DNA of 47,340 bases from positions 1-47,340 of the forward strand of contig JAQBGU010000140.1 of the NCBI GenBank assembly GCA_032128375.1, read 5' to 3'. Below the pieces are notes generated by a model. That model saw only the letters and a program-made list of their open reading frames with translations, had not been told where the DNA came from and did no database searches. The position numbers were made by a program, and so were the translations under genes. Numbering within the stretch: the first letter of the stretch is position 1; every line of letters starts with the position of its first letter. This DNA is from Deltaproteobacteria bacterium. Lineage in GTDB: Bacteria; Myxococcota_A; UBA9160; SMWR01. This document shows positions 1-10,207 of this stretch, in pieces.

Positions 1-2
1 TG

Positions 3-458
3 GCATTGCTCGCTGGCTGCGCGACCACTCGTTGGACCGTCTTGAAGCAGTTCCGAAAGCCGGGTGAGTTTCTGCAAGCTCTTCCGGATGAAGTTTGGGC
101 GGAGTACGACTGCGCGTCTCAGAAGCGCCCGTTTCTGGTCATCGAGCGCAACGAGCTGTCTTTGGTAAGGGTCTCCCCGGGCAAAGATTTTGGACATCGT
201 ATGGTGTATGTCATGTGCCCGGCGCAGCCCACGCAGGTCGTCGAGGGCGAACTCTCGACGCGCATCCGGTTCAAGGGGAGTCCGATCGCCCACCAGAAGG
301 AAAGCCAGTACGAAATCAAGCCCGGCCGCTGGGTGATCGATGCGATCGTCCACCTGCCAGAACAGGCCGAGCCCGGCGTATACGCCTACGAACTCGAATT
401 CGACAGCAAGACGCTCGAATTTCACAAGAGCCTGACCTTCGTCGTCGTGAAACGCTGA
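3..458 (+). CDS. Hypothetical lipoprotein (5' end probably outside the window)
   Basis: Frame is open from the window edge; begins ALLAGC (lipobox-like); beta-rich remainder; stop at 456-458. Confidence 0.6.
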   Translation, partial: ALLAGCATTRWTVLKQFRKPGEFLQALPDEVWAEYDCASQKRPFLVIERNELSLVRVSPGKDFGHRMVYVMCPAQPTQVVEGELSTRIRFKGSPIAHQKESQYEIKPGRWVIDAIVHLPEQAEPGVYAYELEFDSKTLEFHKSLTFVVVKR

Positions 459-696
459 CGTCCAACGCTTGGGTTGCGCGCCGAAGTCGCGCCGCGCCGC
501 CGGCCAAGCGCCGTCGGCCGGCGAATAACACGAACAACACACAAACTGAACCTCGCCAGTTCCAGGCGTTCTGTCCGCTGCCTTGCGCTTGTGAAAATTC
601 CATGCGATATCCAACACTTAGACCTCAGCAACGTCGCGCTCGGGGAAATTCGGAGACACGAGTAGACACCGGCTCTCGATCGCCGATGCTGTTCTC

Positions 697-1665
697 ATGC
701 ACAGCCACTCTGACGGCGGGCCTCGCAGCGCCCCTCACGACCAGGCTTCGGTCCGCTCTGGCAACCACCACAACAGCGCTGGCGATTCGGCTCGACGAGC
801 CGCCGAAAACCGCCGGCGGCTACTGATCGCACTGGGCTTGTCGGCGACTTACATGGTTGCCGAAATCATCGGCGGGCTGCTGACCGGATCGCTCGCACTG
901 CTCGCAGATGCGGGCCATATGTTGTCGGATGTGTTCGCACTCGCGATGAGTGCGGCGGCGGTGCACATCGCGCAGCGCCCGCCGAACGCCCGACGTACCT
1001 ACGGCTACCACCGCACCGAAATTCTGGCTGCGTTGGGCCATGGCGTGCTGCTCGTCTGCATCTCGATCTACATCTTCATTGAAGCCTATCAGCGCTTGGG
1101 CCAAACCGTCCAAGTCGCCGGGGCCCCGATGCTGGCGGTCGCGCTGGGTGGATTGTTCGTAAACGGGATCAGCCTCGCAATCTTGCATGCCGGACGGCAC
1201 GACAACTTGAACGTTCGCGGCGCCTGGTTGCATGTCGCAACCGATGCGCTCGGTAGCGTCGGCGCCATTTTGGCCGGGCTCGTCATCTGGGCGTTCGGCT
1301 GGATGTGGGCCGACACTCTCGCCTCGGTGTTGATTGGTTTCATGGTGATCTACTCGTCGTTCGCACTGCTGCGCGAGGCAGTCGCAGTCTTGATGGAAGG
1401 AGTTCCGGCCCACATCGATACCGAAGAAGTTCGCGATTCGATTGCGGGGTTGCGCGGCGTCGTCGGGGTCCACGACCTCCACATCTGGACGGTCGGCAGC
1501 GGAATGGTCTCACTATCCGGTCATGTCGTCGCCAAGGATGGATTTGCGGATGGGGCCTTGCTGCGTGCGGTCACTGTGCATTTGGAGCGACGTTTCGGAA
1601 TCGATCACGCGACGATTCAAATCGAACCCGTGGACTTCGAAGAAGACGGGGTTTGCCCCGAATAG
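697..1665 (+). CDS. Cation diffusion facilitator (CzcD/ZitB-like Zn/Co/Cd exporter)
   Basis: His-rich N-terminus, SLALLADAGHMLSD, TYGYHRTEILAAL, AWLHVATDALGS, VHDLHIWT, HATIQIE motifs. Confidence 0.93.
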   Translation: MHSHSDGGPRSAPHDQASVRSGNHHNSAGDSARRAAENRRRLLIALGLSATYMVAEIIGGLLTGSLALLADAGHMLSDVFALAMSAAAVHIAQRPPNARRTYGYHRTEILAALGHGVLLVCISIYIFIEAYQRLGQTVQVAGAPMLAVALGGLFVNGISLAILHAGRHDNLNVRGAWLHVATDALGSVGAILAGLVIWAFGWMWADTLASVLIGFMVIYSSFALLREAVAVLMEGVPAHIDTEEVRDSIAGLRGVVGVHDLHIWTVGSGMVSLSGHVVAKDGFADGALLRAVTVHLERRFGIDHATIQIEPVDFEEDGVCPE

Positions 1666-1720
1666 CTGCTGGCGGTCGCGCCGCCAATCACCGAACATGC
1701 ACGCCCCGGAGGCCAACCCG

Positions 1721-3151
1721 ATGGCTCGAACCCGAGTCCTGCGGAAAACCAAATTGATCGCGACGATCGGTCCCGCCAGTGACTCGCTCGAAACGCTCAA
1801 AGCGATGATTCGGGCGGGAATGAACGTAGCGCGGCTGAATTTCTCGCACGGCAACCACGACGAACACCGCAAGCGCCTCGAATTGGTTCGACAAGCCGCC
1901 AGCGAGCTGAACGCGAATGTCGGCATCATGCTCGATACCAAGGGCGTCGAAATCCGTACCCACCGCCTCGAGGCCGGGTCGGCAAACCTGACGGTCGGCG
2001 AATCCTTCACGCTGTATACTGACAAGAGACTCGGAAACGCCCACGGCGTCTCGATTTCCTACCCGACCCTGTGTGACGAGGTGTCGGTCGGCTCGGCCAT
2101 CCTGATCGACGACGGGGTGATCGAGTTGCGGGTCGAATCGATTGCCGACGGTGAGATACACTGTCGCATCGCTCGCGGCGGTCGGCTCGGAGACAGCAAG
2201 GGCGTCAATCTTCCGGGCGAATCGCTCGCACGCTCCGGCATCAGCCCGGAGGACCGAATGGATCTTCTGTTCGCGATCGAACACGACGTCGAATACATCG
2301 CTGCATCGTTCGTGCGGAGTGCGGCCGACGTACTCGAGATTCGTAGCTTGCTCGAGGAGCGCGGCGCATCGATTCCGATCATCGCGAAAATCGAAAACGC
2401 CGAGGGTGTCAGTAACCTGACCGAGATCGTTGCGGCGGCCGATGGTACCATGGTGGCGCGCGGCGACCTCGGTGTAGAGCTTCCGTTCGCAAAAGTCCCC
2501 ATGGTGCAAAAGAAAATCATCCGGACCACGGTGATGAATGGCAAACCCGTCATTACCGCGACCCAGATGCTCGACTCGATGGCGAATAATCCGATTCCGA
2601 CGCGGGCCGAGGTGAGTGATGTGGCAAACGCGATTCTCGACGGAACTTCGGCAGTCATGTTGTCCCGCGAGACAGCCGCAGGCGCCTACCCCGTGGAGGC
2701 CGTGCGCACGATGGCGGCGCTGGCGATCGAAGCCGAGGGGCTGCTGTCCGAGTACGGTTACCTACAGCACATCTTGAAGGAACCGACCAATGCGGTGACC
2801 GACGCCGTTACGCAAGCCGCGATCACATTGGCCAACCATCTGGATGCCGCCGCACTGATCACATTGACCGAGTCCGGTATCACGGCCCGCTCGATGTCCA
2901 AGTACCGACCAGACTGTCCGATTCTGGCTGTCACCGTTTGGCCTGAAATCGTGCGCAAGCTCACGATGAATTGGGGTGTGACGGCGATCCTGTTCGAAGG
3001 AACACGTTCCGACCAGGCCATGATCGAATGGGCGATACGCTACGGCCGGGAGATTGGCTGCGTTCAGCCAGGCGATGTGGTCGTCGCGACGGCCGGTATC
3101 CATGAGAAGCCTGGCAGCACGAATGGGATCCGCGTCATCACCGTCGAGTAG
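1721..3151 (+). CDS. pyk: Pyruvate kinase
   Basis: RKTKLIATIGPAS, ARLNFSHG, IIAKIEN, MVARGDLGVE, TATQMLDSM, PTRAEVSDVANA motifs; GGAGG at 1708-1712 favours ATG 1721 over the ORF-track start. Confidence 0.95.
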   Translation: MARTRVLRKTKLIATIGPASDSLETLKAMIRAGMNVARLNFSHGNHDEHRKRLELVRQAASELNANVGIMLDTKGVEIRTHRLEAGSANLTVGESFTLYTDKRLGNAHGVSISYPTLCDEVSVGSAILIDDGVIELRVESIADGEIHCRIARGGRLGDSKGVNLPGESLARSGISPEDRMDLLFAIEHDVEYIAASFVRSAADVLEIRSLLEERGASIPIIAKIENAEGVSNLTEIVAAADGTMVARGDLGVELPFAKVPMVQKKIIRTTVMNGKPVITATQMLDSMANNPIPTRAEVSDVANAILDGTSAVMLSRETAAGAYPVEAVRTMAALAIEAEGLLSEYGYLQHILKEPTNAVTDAVTQAAITLANHLDAAALITLTESGITARSMSKYRPDCPILAVTVWPEIVRKLTMNWGVTAILFEGTRSDQAMIEWAIRYGREIGCVQPGDVVVATAGIHEKPGSTNGIRVITVE

Positions 3152-3240
3152 ACGAGAACCCGGTATCGTGAGCCAGGCTGTGGACGCCGACTAGCGCCAG
3201 GCATCATCGAACCCGCATCCGCTCGGACATCAACACCATG

Positions 3241-3284
3241 ATCAATCTGAACCATCAACTGAAACATCACTGAAACATCAACTT
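3241..3284. repeat. Degenerate 11-13 bp tandem repeat (consensus ATCAACTGAAAC) just upstream of the selD RBS
   Basis: ATCAATCTGAACC-ATCAACTGAAAC-ATCACTGAAAC-ATCAACTT read directly. Confidence 0.75.
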
Positions 3285-3295
3285 CGGGAGGCCCC

Positions 3296-4339
3296 ATGGA
3301 CGAAATTCGACTGACGTCGCTCGTTCCCGCCGGCGGTTGAGCCCGCAAGCTGGGTGCGGAGGGCCTGGTTCAGGCCCTGGAGAACATCAGCCCGTTCGAC
3401 CACCCCTGGGTAGACCTCGATGTCGGCCCGATGGAGGATGCGGCACTGCTGCGTCCGGAATCGGGCCCTCGGCTGGCATTCACTGTCGACTTCATCACGC
3501 CCATCGTCGATGACCCGGAAGCCTACGGTGCAATTGCAGCCGCCAATTCGCTGTCCGACGTCTATGCGATGGGCGGCGAACCTCAGGTGGCGCTCGCGAT
3601 CTGCGGTTTCCCGGAGGATCTGCTGCCGATAGAAGTGCTGGCCCGGATTCTGCGGGGTGGCCGAGAGAAGGCAGCCGAAGCCGGCTGCGCGATCGTCGGC
3701 GGCCACACGGTGCTCGACCCCGAATTGAAGTACGGGCTGTGTGTGATCGGGACGGTGCATCCCGAACGCGCACTGTCGCAAAACCACGGACAGCCCGGCG
3801 ATCGACTCGTGCTCACAAAACCGCTCGGCTTCGGGATTGCCGCGCAGGCCATCAAGAACCAGGCGCTATCGGCAGCAGAGTTGCAATCCGCGATCGCTGC
3901 CATGTCCGCGCTCAACAAGGGCGCCAAGGATGCCGCAATCGAAGCCGGGGCGAATGCTGCGACCGATGTCACCGGCTTCGGTCTGCTCGGTCATCTCATG
4001 AACGTCGCAATGGCGTCGCAGCTTTCCGCGCGAATCACCGCCAGCGACGTCCCTGCGCTCGGCTTCGCGAGGCGCTTGGCGGAAGCGGGGGCAGTCCCGG
4101 GCGGATCCAAGCGAAACCTCCAATACGTCGAACCGCACACCCGATTCGCCCCGGACGTCTCACAGACGGATCGGCTGATCCTGGCCGATGCCCAGACCTC
4201 CGGCGGGCTGTTGATTTCCGTACCTCCAGAGCGCGAAGCGCAGCTGTGCGATGCCCTCGCACGCAACGACACGCTGGTCCAGGCGGTGATCGGCGAACTG
4301 ACAAGTGGAGAGCCCGGGATGCTTCACGTGGATCGCTGA
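3296..4339 (+). CDS. selD: Selenide, water dikinase (selenophosphate synthetase), selenocysteine-containing, 347 aa
   Basis: GGGAGG RBS, ATG 3296, MDEIRLTSLVPAGG-U(TGA 3338-3340)-ARKLG in frame with ORF 3431..4339; TVDF, ANSLSDVYAMGG, GGHT, DVTGFGLLGH, DAQTSGGLL motifs. Confidence 0.95.
3360..3378 (+). promoter_or_regulatory. Putative bacterial SECIS element of selD
   Basis: Perfect 8-bp stem AGGGCCTG-GTT-CAGGCCT-type hairpin (3360-3367/3371-3378) with a G-containing loop about 27 nt 3' of the in-frame TGA. Confidence 0.75.
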
Positions 4340-4475
4340 GATCGACGGGTTGGTCTTGGGCGTCCTCGGACGGAGCACTGCCGTCTTTTTCACCACCGGT
4401 GCCCAGCAATCGAGCAGTTGGCAAGGCCCATGCACCTGATCTGCCGTATCAGGCCATTCGCAAGTGGGTCAGTCC

Positions 4476-4491
4476 TGGCACAACGATTGCT
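4476..4491 (+). promoter_or_regulatory. Sigma54 (-24/-12) promoter of amtB-glnK
   Basis: TGGCAC-AACGA-TTGCT matches TGGCAC-N5-TTGC(A/T), 75 nt upstream of the amt start. Confidence 0.85.
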
Positions 4492-4566
4492 AATGCACGG
4501 TGGGAGCCCAGGGTCGCATCGGGGGTCCTTTGCCCCTGAGCCCCGAACCACCAGGAGGAAGCGCGC

Positions 4567-5859
4567 ATGTTCACCCGACCTCGCACACCGTTCGGCATTT
4601 TCGCCGGACTCGCCATCTTGTTCACCGCGGGAACCGCGTTTGGACAAGACGGCGAAGCCACTCTGAGCGCGGGAGACACCGCGTGGGTCATGACCAGTAC
4701 GGCTTTGGTCCTTCTGATGACGCTTCCCGGGCTGGCCTTGTTCTACGGCGGGTTGGTCCGGACCAAGAACGTGCTGTCGATCTTGATGCAGTGCGTGATT
4801 TCAGCCGGCCTGGTTGGTGTGTTGTGGATCGTCGCCGGTTACAGCCTCGCATTTGCCGAGGGTGGCTCGCTCGTCGGCGACCTCAGCAAATTCGGATTGG
4901 CGGGCATCACAAAGGACACGCTCAGTGGACCGATTCCCGAATACGTTTTCGTGATGTTCCAAGGGATGTTCGCAATCATTACGCCGGCGCTGATGCTCGG
5001 TGCATTCGCCGAGCGCATGCGCTTCGGCGCCTACGTCGCATTTATCGGAACCTGGGTGCTGGTGGTCTACTGCCCGCTCGCCCACCAGGTCTGGGGCGGT
5101 GGCTGGCTCTCGGAGTTTGGCGCGATCGACTTTGCGGGCGGACTCGTCGTTCACATGTCGAGTGGATTCTCCGCGCTGGTCGCGGCGATCATGCTCGGCA
5201 AGCGCCGCGGCTTCGGTCGCGAACACATGCCCCCCCACAACCTGCCGCTGACGGTTATCGGAGCCTCCCTGTTGTGGGTCGGCTGGTTTGGCTTCAATGC
5301 AGGTAGCGCGCTGGCGGCCGACGGCACCGCGGGGCTCGCATTCCTGAACACCAATACGGCCACCGCCGCGGCGGTGCTGGGTTGGGTTGCGATCGAATGG
5401 CTGCAGAATGGCAAACCCACCGTGCTGGGTGCCGCAACCGCAGCCGTGGCAGGTCTCGTCGCGATCACACCCGCCTGTGCGTCAGTCACACCCATGGGTT
5501 CGATTGCCGTCGGCCTCGGCGCATCCGTAATTTGCTACTGCGCGGTCACGCTGCTGAAGCCGGCGCTCGGCTATGACGATTCACTCGACGTATTTGGCGT
5601 CCACGGAGTCGGCGGCGCATGGGGCGCAATCGCCACCGCGCTGTTCATCGCCGAACTTCCAGACGGCGTGACCTGGGCGGGCCAGCTGTGGATTCAGTTG
5701 GCCAGCGTAGGCTACGTCGCGATAGCGGCGCCGGCACTGACCTTCGTGATCTTGACTGTGCTCAAACTCGTGTTCGGAAGTCTCACGGTGGACGAGGAGG
5801 CCGAGCACAATGGCCTCGATATCTCGGAACACAGCGAAAGCGCCTACACAACCGAATAG
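4567..5859 (+). CDS. amtB: Ammonium transporter (Amt family)
   Basis: PGLALFYGG, FQGMFAIITPAL, DFAGGLVVH, GWFGFNAGS, DDSLDVFGVHG; both channel His residues present; signal-like N-terminus. Confidence 0.97.
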   Translation: MFTRPRTPFGIFAGLAILFTAGTAFGQDGEATLSAGDTAWVMTSTALVLLMTLPGLALFYGGLVRTKNVLSILMQCVISAGLVGVLWIVAGYSLAFAEGGSLVGDLSKFGLAGITKDTLSGPIPEYVFVMFQGMFAIITPALMLGAFAERMRFGAYVAFIGTWVLVVYCPLAHQVWGGGWLSEFGAIDFAGGLVVHMSSGFSALVAAIMLGKRRGFGREHMPPHNLPLTVIGASLLWVGWFGFNAGSALAADGTAGLAFLNTNTATAAAVLGWVAIEWLQNGKPTVLGAATAAVAGLVAITPACASVTPMGSIAVGLGASVICYCAVTLLKPALGYDDSLDVFGVHGVGGAWGAIATALFIAELPDGVTWAGQLWIQLASVGYVAIAAPALTFVILTVLKLVFGSLTVDEEAEHNGLDISEHSESAYTTE

Positions 5860-5906
5860 AGCGAGATCGGCGCGGCGCCATCATCGTTTCTGCCGATTCC
5901 TACTGA

Positions 5907-6302
<396 letters not shown>

Positions 6303-6323
6303 GACCGGCTGAGAGGCGAATCC

Positions 6324-6383
6324 AGCGGGTCCGCGCCGCGACCCGCTCGCGAAAACGCGGGGTAGAGCAAGCGCTCTACCGCG
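6324..6383 (+). terminator. Two GC-rich hairpins downstream of glnK (possible terminator or mRNA-stabilising structure)
   Basis: AGCGGGTC/GACCCGCT (6324-6347) and GGTAGAGC/GCTCTACC (6361-6380); no U-tract. Confidence 0.4.
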
Positions 6384-6517
6384 CATTCTCCATACGGCAA
6401 AACGCACGCACCTTGCACGCATGCCTCACGTATCCCGCGCGCAGCTCCGAATTCTCCGGGCTTTCGCCATAAAGCCCGCCCGCGATCGGCCGATCCAATC
6501 AGCAGGAACACGGGAGC

Positions 6518-7345
6518 GTGGAGATGGGCACATGGCTACTCCTCATCATCTTGCTGATCGCGAGCTTCCCAGAGATCAGCGCGGCTGAGATCTACCGCTG
6601 GACCGATGCGAATGGCCGGCTCCATTTCGCCCAATCGCTCGACCAGGTCCCCGGTGATTACCGCAAGCAAGCACAACAGCAGGCGGCCAAACCTCTCGGC
6701 AACCTGCAAACCTTCGATTCGAGCTCCAGCGCCACGGCCGCCGGCTCATCGCGCGTTTTCCAGATCCCATTTCGGCGCGAAAACAGTCTGATGCGAGTCA
6801 ACGTGGTGATCAACGGCCACCTCGACGTCCCATTCTACATCGATACGGGTGCCAGCGGCGTCTCGCTTCCGGCCGAGTACGCGAAGCGCTTGGGGATCCA
6901 GATCGGGCCCGACACGCCTCGGGTCCAGGTCCAGACCGCTAACGGCGTCATCGCAACACCTCTCGTTCAACTCGATTCCGTGAAGCTCGGGGGCGCCCGC
7001 GTGGATGGGCTGATGGCAACAGTCAACCCGACAACGAGTATTGGGCTGCTCGGAGGAGCCTTCTTCAACAACTTCACGTATGGCGTCGATCCGTCTTCGA
7101 GCGTCATCACGCTCGAGCGCAATCACGCCGTCCAGACGGGACTCGGCGAAGAACATTGGCGCCGACGCTTCAGCGATATTCAGCAACCGCTCGACCAGCT
7201 CAAGCGATATCTCGAGGACCACGCGATCAGCCGAAAGGGACGTCGCGAAGAGCTGATGCAGCGACAGGCCAGCTTGGAATCGAAGTTGAAAGAACTCGTG
7301 CTCGAAGCCAACCGTGTCAATGTACCGGCGAATTGGCGAAGATGA
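6518..7345 (+). CDS. Secreted clan AA (retropepsin-like) aspartyl protease with N-terminal DUF4124
   Basis: Signal peptide, IYRWTDANGRLHF (DUF4124-like), FYIDTGASGVSL catalytic motif, VQTANG, GLLGGAFF; helical C-terminus. Confidence 0.85.
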   Translation: MEMGTWLLLIILLIASFPEISAAEIYRWTDANGRLHFAQSLDQVPGDYRKQAQQQAAKPLGNLQTFDSSSSATAAGSSRVFQIPFRRENSLMRVNVVINGHLDVPFYIDTGASGVSLPAEYAKRLGIQIGPDTPRVQVQTANGVIATPLVQLDSVKLGGARVDGLMATVNPTTSIGLLGGAFFNNFTYGVDPSSSVITLERNHAVQTGLGEEHWRRRFSDIQQPLDQLKRYLEDHAISRKGRREELMQRQASLESKLKELVLEANRVNVPANWRR

Positions 7346-7899
7346 ACGTTCCCGACCTGTCCAAGCTCGGCCAGCGTTTGTCGCTGGCAATTGCCGCGTT
7401 CGCGTTGGGGGTCAGCGCCGATCTGGCGACGGCCGATCTCTACCGATGTGTGCGTGCAGATGGCAGCACGGTATTCACCGACAGCCAGGCGACGTGCCCA
7501 GGGGTGCCAGAACACCACCCGACCGGCGAGGTGCAGAGTTATCGCCCGGCCGCGCCCGCGCGGGCTGCAGCCTCGCGCACCGCCAGCCCAGCCACGACCG
7601 CCAGCCGCTCGGCCGACAACGAGGCGAGCTGGCGCGAGAAGAAGCACCAGACCGCAGAAGAACTCAGCGCCATCACTGCGCGCATCAATCAAATCAGCCC
7701 GTTCGTCAAGACCTGCAACCGCGGCGGCAGTGTGTACCGCACGCTGGAAAACGGCCTCCGCTCGGGCGTTTCGTGCGAATGGCTGCGCGAGGAAATTCCG
7801 AAGCTCGAACGACAGCGCAGCGCTCTAAAGGACTACCTCGATCACGGCCTTCGCGACGAATGCCGCAAGTCGGGATGCTTCCCGGGCTGGTTGCGCTGA
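7342..7899 (+). CDS. DUF4124-domain secreted protein
   Basis: ATGA overlap with the upstream stop; signal peptide then LYRCVRADGSTVFTDSQATCP; coiled-coil C-terminus with Cys residues. Confidence 0.75.
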   Translation: MNVPDLSKLGQRLSLAIAAFALGVSADLATADLYRCVRADGSTVFTDSQATCPGVPEHHPTGEVQSYRPAAPARAAASRTASPATTASRSADNEASWREKKHQTAEELSAITARINQISPFVKTCNRGGSVYRTLENGLRSGVSCEWLREEIPKLERQRSALKDYLDHGLRDECRKSGCFPGWLR

Positions 7900-7942
7900 C
7901 ATCGCTGGCTCGCCGGAGCCTATCGGCGTTAGTCTAGACGGC

Positions 7943-9085
7943 GTGACACTCATCGCGTCGGCACCCACACCTCCGCAGGATCGCATCGTATTTCTCGATG
8001 TGCTGCGCGGTTTCGCACTGTTCGGCGTGCTTCTGATGAACATGCAGTATTTCGTTTCGCCGTCCTATGCTTCCATTTTGCAGTCGGACGCCGCGACCCC
8101 GAGTGACTGGCTCGGCTTCTGGTTTGTGCGGATATTCGCCGAGAGCAAGTTCTACCCTTTGTTCTCGTTTCTGTTCGGTTATGGAATGGCTATTCAAATC
8201 CAGAACGCGCAGGCCCGCCACGCCCGCTTCGCGCCGCTCTACATCTGGCGATTGACGATCCTGCTGCTGATCGGGGCGATTCACAGCATCTACTTCTGGT
8301 CGGGCGATATTCTCGCGACGTACGCGCTGCTCGGTTTCATTCTGCTGTTCTTCCATCAACGAACCGACGCGACGCTGCTGGCCGCCAGCTTGCTGTGCTT
8401 GTTCGCCGCAAGTGGAGTGCTCTCGGTGATTCAAACCGGTTGGTTGCCCGTCGATTGGACCCAGGCGCTGCGCAGCCGGTTCGATGCAAGCGGCGAAGGC
8501 GATCGGCTGGCCTACCAGCAAGGCATTCGGGTGATGTCGATGTTCCTGATCGGGCTGCTGGCCGGCCGAAGGCACTTGCTGACCGAGGGCATCAGAGATT
8601 CGTCACGGGTGGATCGAGTCTGCGTATGGGGTTGGATTACCGGACTCGCGGGCAACCTCATCTACGCGTGGTTGTGCCATCGCGTGGATCCCAATGTGCT
8701 CTCGTGGTCGCGGATCGCTGCCCTGTGGATGCTCGCGTGGAGTGGCCCGGTGCTTGCCGCGGCCTACGTGGCGACCCTGATCCGGCTGACACGCAATCCG
8801 CGCGGGAGAACCTTTTTGTCGCCGCTGTCATCTGTTGGCAAGATGGCGCTGACCAACTACCTGCTGCAGACGCTGATCTGCCAAATGCTATTGAGTGAGC
8901 CTATGCTTGGCCGCTTCGGACCGGTCCATCCGCCCATGGGACTGTTGCTGACGGTGGTGGTGTTCGCGTTTCAGATCGCGACGAGTCAGTGGTGGCTGTT
9001 GCGTTATCGCTTCGGTCCGATGGAATGGCTGTGGCGGACCCTGACTTATGGTCACTTGCAGCCTATGCGCAAGTTTGCTTCCTGA
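7943..9085 (+). CDS. DUF418 (YeiB-like) membrane protein
   Basis: RIVFLDVLRGFALFGVLLMN, KFYPLFSFLFG, GDILATYA, GKMALTNYLLQT, GPMEWLWRTLTYG. Confidence 0.9.
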   Translation: MTLIASAPTPPQDRIVFLDVLRGFALFGVLLMNMQYFVSPSYASILQSDAATPSDWLGFWFVRIFAESKFYPLFSFLFGYGMAIQIQNAQARHARFAPLYIWRLTILLLIGAIHSIYFWSGDILATYALLGFILLFFHQRTDATLLAASLLCLFAASGVLSVIQTGWLPVDWTQALRSRFDASGEGDRLAYQQGIRVMSMFLIGLLAGRRHLLTEGIRDSSRVDRVCVWGWITGLAGNLIYAWLCHRVDPNVLSWSRIAALWMLAWSGPVLAAAYVATLIRLTRNPRGRTFLSPLSSVGKMALTNYLLQTLICQMLLSEPMLGRFGPVHPPMGLLLTVVVFAFQIATSQWWLLRYRFGPMEWLWRTLTYGHLQPMRKFAS

Positions 9086-9100
9086 CGACGCATTCGTCGC

Positions 9101-10207
9101 CTAGCCCGGCCGCTTCAACAGCGGCAGCGTATTGCGGCGATTGAAGTCGTGAGAAAACTTCCAGACCTTCGATTCGACGTAGTAGTGAGCGACGAAAAAC
9201 CCCAGCAACGCTTCGAGATTTCCGGCGCCGGGCGCATCATATCCAGCGGTCACGCGAGAGCCGTGATAGGTGGCCGCCGCCAGGATCAGCAGCATCGCGA
9301 AACCCACAAGCGGGGCGAAGAACTTCGCGTACTCACGAACGCCTTCCGCTGCAGTGAGCGGACGATCGGGATACTTGTCATTCCATGTCATCAAGAACAA
9401 CAGGCCGAGATACGCGACGCTGTGGTGCCCATTGAAGACCAGAAACCAGCTCCCCGCCGGCAATGCGTCGTAGAAAGACCACTTCACCATCGCCACCGCA
9501 GAAACCAGCAGGTAAAGAACAGCTGGGGTCCGCAGGCCGCCGAGGCGCAACAACTGGCCCAAATAAATCAACATCAGCGTCCCCGCGATCGCCAAGAACA
9601 CATGACTCGCCAGCTCCGCATTCGCCGAGCCAACCCTGACCGCACCCGTGAAGCGGAGAACGGGTGCCAAGTGATTCGAGACGCAGACCGACCCGATGAT
9701 CGCGTAGAAGATGCCCTTCTCGAGACGCGCCCAGTAGACCGGCTCGCGGACGTCAGTTCGCATTCGATAGATCTGCAGAATGCCGTAGTTCTGCATGCCG
9801 ATATGCTGATATCCCCACAGGTATCCCGTCGTGGTCAGAATGAATCCAAGTGTCGAGTCGTATCCATCCGGAGCCGCCAGCGGCCACGCATAGATCCCGA
9901 TGATCGACAGGGGAATCGCAAAGTACGCCACCCAGTGCTCTCGATAGTGCTGGAACTGGTTGGCGCGCAAATACGTGACTCGAAACATCGCAGCAAAGTG
10001 CGGCAGCCGTATGAACAGGTGATAGATCCACAACACGAAGAAGCCAGCCCCGAATCCGATCCGGGTCGCACCCGTGAATCCGTGCAGCGCCACTACCAGC
10101 AGTGGCGGCAACCACAACGTCGAAAAGAACGCGAGATCGTAGAAGGGACCAACGATCCAGCGAGACGGGATCGCGTGCGAGCCTGAGCAAGTCTGCGCCG
10201 TACTCAT
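9101..10207 (-). CDS. Polytopic membrane protein with His motifs (unknown function)
   Basis: ATG 10207 overlaps the upstream stop (ATGA); about 8-10 TM segments; PHF, WGYQHIGMQNYG, HHSVAY, AHYYVESKVW motifs. Confidence 0.7.
   Translation of the reverse strand: MSTAQTCSGSHAIPSRWIVGPFYDLAFFSTLWLPPLLVVALHGFTGATRIGFGAGFFVLWIYHLFIRLPHFAAMFRVTYLRANQFQHYREHWVAYFAIPLSIIGIYAWPLAAPDGYDSTLGFILTTTGYLWGYQHIGMQNYGILQIYRMRTDVREPVYWARLEKGIFYAIIGSVCVSNHLAPVLRFTGAVRVGSANAELASHVFLAIAGTLMLIYLGQLLRLGGLRTPAVLYLLVSAVAMVKWSFYDALPAGSWFLVFNGHHSVAYLGLLFLMTWNDKYPDRPLTAAEGVREYAKFFAPLVGFAMLLILAAATYHGSRVTAGYDAPGAGNLEALLGFFVAHYYVESKVWKFSHDFNRRNTLPLLKRPG

Noticed and set aside
459..696. Metal-sensing riboswitch upstream of the CDF gene
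   Set aside because: One GC hairpin and an A/C-rich run, but no recognisable NiCo or yybP consensus.
3296..3430. selD as a nonsense-mutated pseudogene
   Set aside because: The TGA falls exactly on the catalytic Cys/Sec position and is followed by a SECIS-like hairpin.
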